From assembly GCA_963840455.1 (NCBI GenBank), contig CAWIYV010000010.1, positions 128,001 through 192,000 on the forward strand: a stretch of 64,000 nucleotides of DNA. Reading direction: 5' to 3'. The position numbers and the translations under genes were made by a program. Numbering within the stretch: position 1 is the first letter of the stretch; each line of letters starts with the position of its first letter. This stretch comes from Nitrospirota bacterium (lineage in GTDB: Bacteria; Nitrospirota; UBA9217). Positions 51,079 to 61,922 of the stretch are shown here, piece by piece. The notes below the pieces were generated by a model. It made no database searches. It had not been told where the DNA came from and saw only the letters and a list, made by a program, of their open reading frames with translations.

Positions 51079-51235
51079 AATGGGGCTGCGGGAGCCGTCA
51101 CCGCCCACCATCGTCGACGAGCCGTAGGGAGAGCCCCCGGTGATCTCGCCGACGGTAATCTGCCGCTGCTCCGAAGCGGTAGATATGGCCGTACATGCTG
51201 TAGAGGGCGACTTGGACCTTCGCCTTGTCCGTCAT
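51079..51235 (-). pseudogene. wrbA: internally deleted WrbA-like NAD(P)H:quinone oxidoreductase remnant
   Basis: N-terminal KVQVALYSMYGHIYR joined out of frame to the late motif EITGGSPYGSSTMVGGDGSR. Confidence 0.7.
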
Positions 51236-51507
51236 GCCACCTTCCTCCCGAACTCCTCCCGCGCCTCGAAGTTCCCTACGAACTGGTCCACCTTGATGCC
51301 GAGGTGCAGGCAGCGGATGTTGTTCATGCAGTCATCGGCATCGCTCTTGTCTATCTGGGTGACGAGCTCCTGCTTCCCCCGCTTGAACTTCAGGATGTAG
51401 GCGTTCTTCTCTTCGCTGAAGGTGAGGCCCACGCTCACCTTGTGCTTCTCGACGTCGGGATACATCTCCCGTATCTTTTCCTTTAATGCTACATTAGTGT
51501 ACTTCAT
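51232..51507 (-). CDS. hypothetical protein
   Basis: 91-aa ORF with GAGGGG RBS; MYPDVEKH...DADDCMNNIRCLHLG. Confidence 0.75.
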   Translation of the reverse strand: MKYTNVALKEKIREMYPDVEKHKVSVGLTFSEEKNAYILKFKRGKQELVTQIDKSDADDCMNNIRCLHLGIKVDQFVGNFEAREEFGRKVA

Positions 51508-51622
51508 AGAAATCCCCCTCTCTTTTCATGCGCGATAGCACGCGCACATCGGTGCCCCGCTCCGCCATTCGTTATTATCCTGCTTTCGCGAAGCGAAATC
51601 CGCGGTCTGCTCATTTCGTTCC

Positions 51623-52108
51623 TTATCCCTCGATGACACCCCGCTCCTCCCAGAGGAACCAGTTACCTGTATCCGAGAGATGACTGTAGGTGTTCGCAAA
51701 GATCTCGTAGTGCTGCCGCTCTTCCTCGATCAACCTCGTGAACAGGGCCTTCTCCTTGTCCGTTTTGGCCGTTGCGAGTGACTTGCGGTAGAACTTTTCT
51801 CCTTCCTTTTCCATCTCCATGGCGATCTTGAAAGCATCGAGCTCGTCCTTGCTTGCCGCCACTTTTTTCATCATCGTGTCCTTCATGGACTCGAAGACCG
51901 TCTTGACCTTGCCCATGGGGCTCACGTCATCAATTTTGATGTTCATGCCCCTGATGAGGTCCGAGATCATGGTCAGGTGGCGTTTTTCATCCTCCGTGAT
52001 GCTAAGAAACATCTTCTTTCCGGCCTCATAGCCTGTTTTTCCGGCAGCCTCGGTGTAGAATTTGATGGCATCGGTCTCCATTTTCCTGGCCACTTCAAGT
52101 GCGTTCAT
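51623..52108 (-). CDS. ferritin-like / rubrerythrin-family protein
   Basis: Duplicated E...FY...EExxH di-iron pattern (EDEKRH, EEERQH). Confidence 0.85.
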   Translation of the reverse strand: MNALEVARKMETDAIKFYTEAAGKTGYEAGKKMFLSITEDEKRHLTMISDLIRGMNIKIDDVSPMGKVKTVFESMKDTMMKKVAASKDELDAFKIAMEMEKEGEKFYRKSLATAKTDKEKALFTRLIEEERQHYEIFANTYSHLSDTGNWFLWEERGVIEG

Positions 52109-52327
52109 GCTGCCCTCCTTTGTTTTATGACGCGATTTCGAAAAAATATACCAATAAATACAAAGCGTTATTTGCTATAAAAGACCTATCATGTCCTTGA
52201 TCTCTTGACCTGACCCTATTATAGCATACAATTTCAAGGAGTTGAAAGGAAAATCGGTTAAAAGTTGTCCCTTATCATGAAGAGCTTTCGGGAAGGTAGA
52301 ACGAGAATAGGGATCGAGAAAGTTTTT

Positions 52328-52657
52328 TTATATTTGCTGGACAAGGGTAAAGGATGCCTTGATGAAGCAAATGCCCTGGGGAAGTTTGCAGTTGCCGGCC
52401 TTCTTTTGTCCCGAGGGGTCCGTAGGGCCCTGAAGCGCTGACAGGCCAGCCCGGATCCCGGCCAGCATGCCGACGAACTCGGGGGTGAGCGCCTTGAGCG
52501 CATTGGCATTCTCGGCTTCGAGCTTCGCGAGGTTCTCCCGGGCGGCTTTCAGCGTGTTCGCGTAGGCGCTGCAGACTCTGCAGTAGGGATCTTTCTGCTG
52601 GTTCCTGAATACACCGAGCAGGAAGTGGTATCCGCGGACCTGGTTCATGAGCTCCAT
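52328..52657 (-). CDS. hypothetical protein with four Cys
   Basis: DPYCRVC and GNCKLPQGIC; GAGGAGG RBS. Confidence 0.7.
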   Translation of the reverse strand: MELMNQVRGYHFLLGVFRNQQKDPYCRVCSAYANTLKAARENLAKLEAENANALKALTPEFVGMLAGIRAGLSALQGPTDPSGQKKAGNCKLPQGICFIKASFTLVQQI

Positions 52658-52673
52658 GTCGCCTCCTCAGCTG

Positions 52674-52787
52674 TTGAAGCTCCCTGCAGCAGGCTGCAGG
52701 GAATTTTGGACCCAGGGTAGTATGTTCATACAAATCGCTCGCAAACCGCTCAGCAAACTGCGAGGAAAGCGCTTGCACTGGCTTCAA
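52674..52787 (+). mobile_element. palindromic repeat element, locus 5 (diverged single unit)
   Basis: TTGAAGCTCCCTGCAGCAGGCTGCAGGGAAT...AATCGCTCGC...GCTTCAA. Confidence 0.65.
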
Positions 52788-52956
52788 AGTGGTTGAACAC
52801 GGTGCTGTCCAACCGTTCATTCTTCTGTACCGGAAAACATACTCTTATTGATGGGACCTCTTGGAAACATTGTTTTCTTATAGTGCGGGATAAGCTGGAA
52901 ATGTCAAGGTGTCAGAACTCGGCGTCCGAAATTTAACGGGGTTTGGGACCGCTTGT

Positions 52957-53577
52957 TCACCACTCCAGGCTCAGCAGTGCAAGGATGCCGGAGGCCGCGA
53001 TGATCGTGCCGGAGATCCGGTTCACCCAGACCAGTTGGTGGGCCTGGAAGCGTTTGCGGTAAAGGCTGAAGAGCCCGACGAGAAAGAGCCACCAGATTGC
53101 CGAGCCCAGGAACACGCCCAGGATCAGGACCCCGGCGGACAGGACACTGCCCCTGGTGCCGGCAAGCCCGAAACCGGCGAAGACTGCGGCGAAGGACAGG
53201 ATCGTCATAGGGTTGGTGAGGGTGAGGAAGAAGGTCGAGGTGTACATACCTGCATAGTGCCGGGCGGACCGCGGTAGGTCGGTCTTCTTCACGGTTTTGG
53301 CCAGGAACGCCTTGACGCCCAGGAACAGCAGCAGACCGCCCCCGATCAGCCGGAGGGAGGACTGATGGCCGACGAGGAACGCGGAAATGAAGGTCAGGCC
53401 GAAGGCCGCGATGAACCCGTAGATGGCGTCGGCCGTTGCCGCGCCCATGCCGGAGAAGAATCCGGCCCTGCGGCCGTGCATCAACGTACGGCGCGCGCAC
53501 AGGACGCCTATGGGCCCTACAGGCGCCGCTATCACGAACCCAATGATGAGGCCCTTAAGAAAAAATACGGTGTCCAT
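52957..53577 (-). CDS. LysE-family exporter
   Basis: APVGP, GAATAD, TLTNPMT, hydrophobic. Confidence 0.9.
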   Translation of the reverse strand: MDTVFFLKGLIIGFVIAAPVGPIGVLCARRTLMHGRRAGFFSGMGAATADAIYGFIAAFGLTFISAFLVGHQSSLRLIGGGLLLFLGVKAFLAKTVKKTDLPRSARHYAGMYTSTFFLTLTNPMTILSFAAVFAGFGLAGTRGSVLSAGVLILGVFLGSAIWWLFLVGLFSLYRKRFQAHQLVWVNRISGTIIAASGILALLSLEW

Positions 53578-53651
53578 AGAATTGTGGGCCTCATTCTACT
53601 GAATTCGGGCATGCTTTTGCAAGGAATTTTGCCTTTCTCTGCCCAGGGTGA

Positions 53652-53667
53652 TATGATTTACCTCATA
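53652..53667. promoter_or_regulatory. CRP/FNR-family-like palindromic site
   Basis: TATGA-N6-TCATA upstream of the Fe-S protein gene. Confidence 0.35.
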
Positions 53668-53733
53668 CCGCCAGCCCTGCCAATGAGGTAGAGTATGAAC
53701 AGTGAACGAACATTCGGACCGAGGAGGTTTACC

Positions 53734-54198
53734 ATGAAGAACGAAAAGAACGAGGGATGCCCGTCCTGTGCATCAGTGGCAATGGCCGAGCCGTCTGTTG
53801 TCGGCGATGAGGTAAAAAGACTGTCCCACTGGCCGATCCAGCTCAAGCTCATCGGCACGATCGCGCCGTTCCTGAACAACGCCGACTTGCTGGTGGCGGC
53901 GGACTGTACCGCCTTCGCCACGCCGTATTTCCACTCCGAGTTCCTGAAGGACCATAAGGTCCTGATCGGGTGCCCGAAGCTCGACGACGGCATGCAGTAC
54001 GTGGAGAAGTTCACCCAGATCTTCAGCACCACACCCATCAAGAGCCTCACGGTCCTCAGGATGGAAGTGCCCTGCTGCGGCGGGATGACCATGATCCTGA
54101 AAGAGGCCCTAAAGAGGTCGGGCAAGAACATCCCCTTCACCGAAACCGTCATTAGTGTGAAAGGCGACAAGCTCTCGGAGAAGACCGTCACCCTGTGA
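53734..54198 (+). CDS. Cys-rich iron-sulfur cluster-binding protein
   Basis: WPIQL, AADC, GCPKLD, MEVPCCGG. Confidence 0.8.
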   Translation: MKNEKNEGCPSCASVAMAEPSVVGDEVKRLSHWPIQLKLIGTIAPFLNNADLLVAADCTAFATPYFHSEFLKDHKVLIGCPKLDDGMQYVEKFTQIFSTTPIKSLTVLRMEVPCCGGMTMILKEALKRSGKNIPFTETVISVKGDKLSEKTVTL

Positions 54199-54395
54199 CT
54201 GGTCGGATCGGGCGTGCAGAAACTCGGCCTGCAAAATAAAATTAATAACCCTTGACTTCCTGATGCCGAAGTGGCATTATGCAGTCTAGAAGTTCCGGAT
54301 GTTCTTGTAGGGAAACCGCAAAGACAGATCCACTTTGCGGTATTTTTTTTGTCCTTATCCGTCGCTTCAATTCATCAAGAAGGAGGTAGCTCACC

Positions 54396-54596
54396 ATGGA
54401 AACAGGTACGGTTAAGTGGTTCAATGATGCCAAAGGTTTTGGATTCATTACCCGCGAAACAGGCGCTGACGTGTTCGTGCATTTCGGCGACATTCAGGAT
54501 AGCGGCTTCAAGTCGCTGGCCGAAGGCCAGCAGGTGCAGTTCGACGTTGTCGACTCGCCCAAGGGCGCCAAGGCAGCCAATGTCGTAAAGCTCTAA
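54396..54596 (+). CDS. cold-shock protein
   Basis: [21 protein letters not shown]. Confidence 0.96.
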   Translation: METGTVKWFNDAKGFGFITRETGADVFVHFGDIQDSGFKSLAEGQQVQFDVVDSPKGAKAANVVKL

Positions 54597-54616
54597 GCGA
54601 ACGCTTATAACTTTGA

Positions 54617-54647
54617 CAGGCCCTGATCATTCAGGGCCTGTTTTTTT
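54617..54647 (+). terminator. intrinsic terminator
   Basis: CAGGCCCTGA-TCAT-TCAGGGCCTG followed by a T-run. Confidence 0.85.
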
Positions 54648-54995
54648 GCCCGCTCACCATTCCTTCCCGCCTTCTTCCCCCGTAAGGAAATGCATATCGA
54701 TGATCCCTGCTGTGATCGCTTAAGGATCTTCACAAAAAAACTGTCAGCGCCAGATTGGTGCTGCTTCAGAAGACCCTAGCACTGCATCGATCAGCGTGAA
54801 TCCAGACGCGAGCGCCACTCCCGCACCAGCGAGATCAGCGAGCGATCATGATGACGGAACTGCCTTGAGGATATCCGTTCTCCGGCACCCTGTTGGATCA
54901 AATGCGAGATAATAGCTGTTGACATAAGTTGCAGGCCCTATTATTCTCTACTCACGTTGGAGATATCCGGGTCAAGATCGAGTACACTCATTCCT

Positions 54996-56273
54996 ATGAA
55001 CGATAAAATCGCGATCATCGGCGGAGGGATAGCCGGCTTAACAGCGGCGTACTTGCTTCATGACAAGTACGATATCACACTGTTTGAACGGTCCGACAGA
55101 TTAGGGGGCAATGCCTATACCGTAACGACCCCCGACGGTGAAGAGTCGGATATTGCCACTGCGGCCTTTGGAGGATCCTCGTACAAGAACGTTCTACGAC
55201 TGTTCAGAAAATTGGATATTGATACGATACGGTCCTTCCGGATGAAGCCCTGCGAAATTTCAGGCCCCGGTGCAAGTTTTTTCGATCTTGATACAAAAAA
55301 AGGCCTGTTTTTAACACCCAAGCTCAGGGGTCTGTTCGCCCAGAATTTTGCGCTGCTCAGGCCGGATCGCGTCAAAAGTATTCTGCAGCTAATGTCCGGA
55401 TTGACGAGAGGACACGCACTGTCGCGGCAGGGAGACCTTGAAGGCCTCACCCTGGAAGAGGCACTGAAGAAGATCCCGCCGTTGCGGGGCGATGCAAAGT
55501 TGATGCTCATATGCTGTCTGTGCCTGATGTCATCCATGCACTGTAGTGATGTTCTGGATGCTCCTGCCGCCTTTTGCTTCGCAAAGCTGAAAAAATATCA
55601 TGACCTCATGCCTCCCGGGGCGCTGTTTTCCGTCCGTTTTGCGAAGAACGGCACGAAGAGTTATGTGCGCGCATTAGCCGCCCATATTCAGGAGGCGATC
55701 GTCCTGCATGCGAAGATCAGGGCGGTCAGGCGGCAGGATGCCCGGGTGCAGCTGCGTATGGACGACGGAAAGGAACTGCTCTTTGACAAGGTCGTCTTTG
55801 CCTGTAATGCCGATCAGGCGCTGGCATTGCTGGAGGGACCGACGGATGATGAGAAAAGACTGCTGGGCGCCTGGAAATACACCGAGGGCAGGATCATTGT
55901 CCATACCGATCACTCGCGGTTCCCGAAACGGGACCTGATGGAAGGATATACGTTCCTGTATCAGGCCAAGGGCAGATACATCGAAACGTCCGTCAGCGGC
56001 TCCTTGCGAGCCTTGCCCGGCGTATCAAAAAAGAGCGACCTGATCAGCACGCAGCATCCCAATTTTCCGATCGCGAAGGACCACCAGGTGTTCGAAAAGG
56101 TCTTCAGGACGCCGATATTCGATTTCCGGTCTTGCGCGACCATACCTGAATTGCCGTCCTTGAACGGGGTGAGGAACAGCTACTATTGCGGCAGCCATTT
56201 CGGGTTTGGCCTGCATGAAGATGCGGTCACTTCCGCTATCGAGGTAGTCCGAACGTTGGGCGTCGATTTCTGA
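54996..56273 (+). CDS. FAD-dependent oxidoreductase (amine-oxidase-like)
   Basis: IIGGGIAGL, ERSDRLGG, CGSHFGFGLHEDAVTSA. Confidence 0.85.
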   Translation: MNDKIAIIGGGIAGLTAAYLLHDKYDITLFERSDRLGGNAYTVTTPDGEESDIATAAFGGSSYKNVLRLFRKLDIDTIRSFRMKPCEISGPGASFFDLDTKKGLFLTPKLRGLFAQNFALLRPDRVKSILQLMSGLTRGHALSRQGDLEGLTLEEALKKIPPLRGDAKLMLICCLCLMSSMHCSDVLDAPAAFCFAKLKKYHDLMPPGALFSVRFAKNGTKSYVRALAAHIQEAIVLHAKIRAVRRQDARVQLRMDDGKELLFDKVVFACNADQALALLEGPTDDEKRLLGAWKYTEGRIIVHTDHSRFPKRDLMEGYTFLYQAKGRYIETSVSGSLRALPGVSKKSDLISTQHPNFPIAKDHQVFEKVFRTPIFDFRSCATIPELPSLNGVRNSYYCGSHFGFGLHEDAVTSAIEVVRTLGVDF

Positions 56274-56429
56274 CTGGTTTTTCCAATAGGTCGCTGCGCC
56301 GTTTCTCGACCGGAGGCGGATTCCGGCCCCGGCATCCGGTCCTGACCGATGTCGCCCGCCCTTTTCATGGTCAATACCGTAGACGCATAATAATTGAAAT
56401 ACAAAATATTCGAGTGTTATACTGACCCT

Positions 56430-58596
56430 ATGGAACGGCGATACTCTCCTGAAGAACACCTTTTGAAATTGACCCAGGACTGGCTCGGCACCGTGCTCAT
56501 TATCGGCGCCATCCTCTTTCCCGCCCTGCAGTTCATGGACTTGTTCGTATCACCGGACAAGTTCATGCGGTTCATGCTGTACCGGCTGGTCATTTCCTTC
56601 ATTTTCGTCATCCTCTACTATGTCAACCGGCTGAAGCGGGGCAAGGCCTACCAGTACGGCATCGCCTCGGTCGCCACCACCCTCTGCGCGATCACCATCG
56701 AGCTCGCCGTGCTCGAGAGCGGCGGCCAGAACTCGTCCTACTACGCCGCGATGATCATCCTGGCGATCTGCGGCCTGGGCTTCGTCCCGGTCAGCATGTC
56801 CGTAGCGTTCATCCTGGTGGGGATCGTCTACGGCATCTATGTTGTACCGATCCTGCTCACCGAGACGATCACCGCCGGCATGTTCGTCAGCAACAATGCC
56901 TTCCTGATATCGTCGTTCGTCATGGGGCTTCTCCTCCGCTACAACCACCAAAAACTCCTGGTTGCGGAGCTGCAGCTCCGGGCAGAGCTTTCCGAGGAAA
57001 AAAATAAACTGGAGCTTTATTCCCTCAAGCTCAAGGACCAGGTCTCTGAAAAGACGGGAGAGCTTGACGATATCGGAACAGAAATACCGCGCCTTGTTCG
57101 ATAATGCGACCGACGGCATAGCCGTTCTCGACCGCAACGGGAACATTACGGACGTGAACCAGCAATTCAGTGCGCTCCATGGCTTTGCGCGGGGGTCGAT
57201 CATCGGCACCAATATCAGGCGCCTCATGGTCGGTCTTGTCGAAGAAGAATACGATGCACGGCACAACCGGATCCTGAAGGGAGAGTCCCTTCTCTACGAG
57301 GCGGAACACTTTCGGAAGGACGGAAGCACCGTACAACTGGAGATCAGCGCCCGGGCGATCGATATCGGCGGGATGGTGCATATCCAGTCCTTCCACCGGG
57401 ATATTACGGAAAAAAAACAGCTCCAGGAACAGGCCATCCAGTCGCAGAAGATGGAATCCATGGGGGTGCTCGCAGGCGGCATTGCGCATGATTTTAACAA
57501 TACCCTGACGGCGATCCTCGGTCATACCGAAGTGCTGCGGCGGCGCATTCGTTCCGACGAGTTCGGGTTGAGGAGGATCAAGACGATCGAGGAAGCCGCA
57601 AAACGTTCCGGGCTCATGGTCTCAAAGCTCTTGAGCTTCGCCCGCAAGGAATCCCTGGAACTGATCCCGACAGACCTGAACATGGTCGTGATGGACACCA
57701 CGGAACTGCTCGGCCGGGCTTTTATCGATCGGAACATCACGGTGAAGGTCGAAACCGAGACTGACCTGCCGGCAGTCACCGGAGACAGCATCCATCTTGA
57801 GCAGGTCATCACGAACTTGGCGATGAACGCGATGGATGCCATGCCCGGAGGCGGCACACTGACGATCACGACCTCGACCATGGAGATCCGCGCGCCTTCG
57901 TCCCCGATACGTCCTTTCCTGGCGCCCGGCAAGTACGCGGTCCTCTCGGTGGCGGATACGGGGACCGGGATCCCTCCGGAGGTCAGGAGCCGCATATTCG
58001 AGCCCTTCTTCACAACGAAGCCGGTCGGCAGGGGGACCGGCCTGGGACTGGCCATGGTATACGGTATCGTGAAAAGCCACCAGGGAGAGATCTGGGTACG
58101 GAGCGAGCCGGGGATCGGAACGACCTTCGAGATCTACATCCCGTCCCTGGACAGGCCTGCCGCAGTTCACCGGGCGTTCGAGGGCGATCCACTCTTCGAA
58201 GCGGCAGGGAGCGAGTGCGTGCTCATCGTGGACGATGAGCAGGACGTATTGTCCTATATCAAAGACACCCTCGATTCCCATGGATATAAGACCTTTGCCA
58301 CGGACAGCCCTGTGTACGCGCAGGAACTGTTCCAGGAGATGTCGGACGACATTGATCTGGTCATAACGGATATGATTATGCCGCTCCTAAACGGTGCTGA
58401 ATTGGCGAGACAGTTCAAAGCGGCACGTAAGGACGTCAAGGTGATCGGCATTTCAGGCTTCAGCGGCGGATCGGTCGCCAGCGCGGCGAAAGACCTTGAT
58501 GCACTCATCAAAAAGCCGTTCGATGGCGCAAAACTGCTGACCTCGGTCCGGTCGGTGCTCGATGCACGAGGGAATAGCCGGTTGCCTCGGGAGTGA
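56430..58596 (+). CDS. membrane hybrid sensor kinase, TM-PAS-HisKA-HATPase-REC (frameshift near 57063)
   Basis: ORFs 56394..57104 and 56962..58596 join; GGIAHDFNN, FFTTK, GTGLGL, VDDE. Confidence 0.88.
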
Positions 58597-58655
58597 GCCC
58601 CCCCTTGTTTCACCCTTTTTCCCCTGACAAGGCATGATTACGAAGGAGCGCCTTT

Positions 58656-60857
58656 ATGCTCAAGAATCTCCTGCTTATCACACCGCCCTTCACCCAGTTG
58701 AACACGACCTACCCGGCAACGCCTTACCTCAAAGGCTTCTTGAAATTGCATGGCTACAGGGTATTTCAGGCAGACCTGGGCATCGAGTTGATCAATAGAA
58801 TATTTTCCCGGGAAGGGTTCCAAGGACTGTTCGCCTCGGCGGGCCATAGCGACAAACAGCTCTCGCAGAACTCGCTCCGGATCATGCGCAATGAACAGTA
58901 CTATCTCCGAACCGTGGACCACGTGATGAGCTTCCTGCAGTACCGTGACAATACGCCTGCCCGGCTCATCTGCAGTGATAATTTTCTGCCGAGGGCTTCG
59001 CGCTTCGATCAATTGCCCGACCTGGAATGGTCCTTCGGAACCATGGGCGTGAACGACCAGGCCCGGTTCCTGGCCACCTTATATATTGAGGATGTGGGCG
59101 ACCTCATCAAGGAGGCCATAACGCCCTACTTTGGCTTCAGCCGCTATGCGGAAAAACTGGGGATATCGGCCCATTCTTTTGCTTCCCTTGACGCAGCCCT
59201 GCAGCAGCCCGAAAATATCATCGAGGCCTGGATGCTTGACCTGCTGAAAGGGCACATCGAGCAGCATCGTCCCGATGTCACGGGGATCACCATCCCCTTT
59301 CCCGGAAATCTGTATGCAGGATTGAGGTGCGGTCAATGCATCAAGAAGAATTATCCTTACCTGAAGATCATCGCAGGCGGTGGGTTCGTGAACACCGAGC
59401 TTCGTGAATTGTCAGAACCCGCGGTCTTTAACTACGTGGACCATATAACCCTTGACGACGGCGAACTCCCTTTCCTGAACATTCTGAAATTCCTTCGCGG
59501 TGACATTGAGCCGTGCGACCTCAGGAGGACCTTCATGAGGGTTGGCGGTGAAGTGCGGTATTTCGACAATGACGCGGAAAAGGACCCTTCCCTTGCCGAG
59601 ACCGGCTGTCCGGACTATTCGGACCTGCCATCGGACAAGTATCTCTCGCTCATTGAGGTAGCAAATCCCATGCACCGCCTGTGGTCCGACGGACGATGGA
59701 ACAAGCTCACCATCGCCCATGGCTGCTACTGGCATCAATGCTCCTTCTGTGACACCACCCTCGATTACATACAGCGCTATGCGAGCGCGCCGGCCAGCGT
59801 GCTGGTCGACAGGATCGAGCAGGTGATCGCCCAAACCGGCCAGACAGGCTTTCATTTTGTCGATGAGGCCGCCCCCCCTGCGGTGTTGAAGGAACTGGCT
59901 CTGGAACTGCTGAGGCGAGAGGTTGGCATCTCCTGGTGGGTGAACATCCGCTTTGAAAGCGCCTTTAGCCGGGACCTCTGCAGGCTCCTGGCAGCATCAG
60001 GCTGCATTGCCGTGACCGGCGGCCTGGAAGCGGCCTCTGACCGGATATTGAAGCTCATGAACAAGGGCGTGACCGTCAAGCAAGCGGCGCAAGCGTGCCG
60101 CAATTTCAGCGAAGCAGGCATCATGGTCCACGCCTATCTGATGTATGGATTCCCCACGCAGACCGAGCAGGAGACCATCGACGCCCTTGAGATCGTGCGC
60201 CAGTTCTTCCGAGAGGAGCTCATCCAATCCGCGTTCTGGCATCAGTTCACCGCTACCGTTCACAGTGATGTAGGAAGGAACCCGGAGAAATACCAGTGTA
60301 GGATCAACGGACGCCCTGCCGGCACGTTCGCCAGGAACGATCTCGTGCACGAAGACCCCACGGGCTGCAACCATCAGGCTTATGCACAGGGCCTGAAAAA
60401 AGCAGCGTACAACTTCATGCACGGCCTCGGCACGGACCTGCCGGTCAAAACATGGTTCGACTTCAAGGTCCCCGCGGCCTCAATAAAAAGAAGTTACGTG
60501 CAGCAGGCGATAAACGAGAAGCCTGCTGTCGAGGGTGAATTGATGAGGTCCAGGATGGTCTGGATCGAGAACCTGCCGCACTCCCTGCAGATCGATCCGG
60601 CGAAGAAGAGGAATAAAGCTGGGGAAGATAAATTTGTTTTTTATTCCAAGACGGAAACGTTCACGCTGTCGACGACCGGCGAGTTCGGGGTATGGTTGAA
60701 CGCCGTGCTCAGCAGGTCCTCCCTGCAGCATTCGACATTCATGACCCTCGAAGAGCTCAAGCCGGAATATGAGAAACAATTCTCCTCGGCCTTTGGAACT
60801 TTTCTGAGGTCGAGGGAATGGAAGACCTTGCGGGAAAAGGGATTGCTGCTGATCTGA
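58656..60857 (+). CDS. B12-binding-domain radical SAM protein
   Basis: PPFTQLNTTYP, AHGCYWHQCSFCD, HAYLMYGFP. Confidence 0.88.
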   Translation: MLKNLLLITPPFTQLNTTYPATPYLKGFLKLHGYRVFQADLGIELINRIFSREGFQGLFASAGHSDKQLSQNSLRIMRNEQYYLRTVDHVMSFLQYRDNTPARLICSDNFLPRASRFDQLPDLEWSFGTMGVNDQARFLATLYIEDVGDLIKEAITPYFGFSRYAEKLGISAHSFASLDAALQQPENIIEAWMLDLLKGHIEQHRPDVTGITIPFPGNLYAGLRCGQCIKKNYPYLKIIAGGGFVNTELRELSEPAVFNYVDHITLDDGELPFLNILKFLRGDIEPCDLRRTFMRVGGEVRYFDNDAEKDPSLAETGCPDYSDLPSDKYLSLIEVANPMHRLWSDGRWNKLTIAHGCYWHQCSFCDTTLDYIQRYASAPASVLVDRIEQVIAQTGQTGFHFVDEAAPPAVLKELALELLRREVGISWWVNIRFESAFSRDLCRLLAASGCIAVTGGLEAASDRILKLMNKGVTVKQAAQACRNFSEAGIMVHAYLMYGFPTQTEQETIDALEIVRQFFREELIQSAFWHQFTATVHSDVGRNPEKYQCRINGRPAGTFARNDLVHEDPTGCNHQAYAQGLKKAAYNFMHGLGTDLPVKTWFDFKVPAASIKRSYVQQAINEKPAVEGELMRSRMVWIENLPHSLQIDPAKKRNKAGEDKFVFYSKTETFTLSTTGEFGVWLNAVLSRSSLQHSTFMTLEELKPEYEKQFSSAFGTFLRSREWKTLREKGLLLI

Positions 60858-60869
60858 TCCCGGATGCTG

Positions 60870-61922
60870 TTAGCGCCAGAAATCCCGGCAGGCCCTATCC
60901 AGGAAATTCCCCGCTCTGAAGGTCGCATCATTCGCGACTGCGACCGCGGCTATGCCTGTATCCTGGTAGATCCTCATCTCTCCGTGAAACCCGCCGCCGC
61001 CCCCCTCCTTATAAAAATAGTGTTTCCCCTTTGCCCTGCCGACATGCCAGCCAAGGGTCATAGGAACAGGTTTTCCGCAATTGTTCTTCTGCTGCTGGTA
61101 AAAGAGATCTTTTATTTCCCGGCCAAACAGGACCGACCGGGCCTTCAGCTGGTCCTGAAGAAAGACTGCGACAGCGCGCCCCGATGCCACGAGCCCGCCG
61201 TAAGCCGGCCCGTTAAGATAGTGGTCCTTGATATGGAACCAGCGGCCCTCATAGGAACCGAAGAAACGGCGTTCCATGAGCAGCGATTTAATGAGGTTCG
61301 TGAAAGAATACTTCGGGATGTATCCTTTGGCATGATGAGTTGGGGTCGGGACCACAAAGCCGATCTCCGATGAATGCAATCCCAGCCGGCCAAAGATGTT
61401 CTTCTCCATGTAGACTTCAAATGTCATATCGCTCACCTGCTCGATGACCCTGCCCAGAATCCAGTAGGCAATGTTCGAGTAGCCGTACTTTTTTCCCGGC
61501 GCAAAGTCCGGTTTTCCGTGGACCTTCAGCACCGCATCCAGCGCGGCATGTTCGTCAAATTGCGGATGCTCTGCCGCCAGGTGGACCCATTTGAGCGGGA
61601 CTGGATTGGGAATTCCCGACGTCTGGGAAAGCAGGTGCCGGATTGTCACTGCATCGCCGTACGGGGTGTGCGGGACATAATGCCGGAAAGGGGCGTCCAG
61701 GTCAACCTCCCCCCCCTCGACAAGCTGCAGGACTGCAGCAGCGGTGAAGGTCTTGGTCATGGAGTAGAGCATTGTCGTGGTGTCGGGCTCCATCCTTTTC
61801 CTTCCTGCGACATCTGCCCAGCCGCCGGCGTGTTCAAAGAGCGACCTCTCGGCATCCACCAGCACGCATTGAATGCCCGGTACACCTAAATGCCCTATCA
61901 TGTCCTCGATGGATTCTCTCAT
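60870..61922 (-). CDS. serine hydrolase, beta-lactamase family
   Basis: SMTK (SxxK), LLSQTSG, YSN; start overlaps the truC stop. Confidence 0.88.
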   Translation of the reverse strand: MRESIEDMIGHLGVPGIQCVLVDAERSLFEHAGGWADVAGRKRMEPDTTTMLYSMTKTFTAAAVLQLVEGGEVDLDAPFRHYVPHTPYGDAVTIRHLLSQTSGIPNPVPLKWVHLAAEHPQFDEHAALDAVLKVHGKPDFAPGKKYGYSNIAYWILGRVIEQVSDMTFEVYMEKNIFGRLGLHSSEIGFVVPTPTHHAKGYIPKYSFTNLIKSLLMERRFFGSYEGRWFHIKDHYLNGPAYGGLVASGRAVAVFLQDQLKARSVLFGREIKDLFYQQQKNNCGKPVPMTLGWHVGRAKGKHYFYKEGGGGGFHGEMRIYQDTGIAAVAVANDATFRAGNFLDRACRDFWR

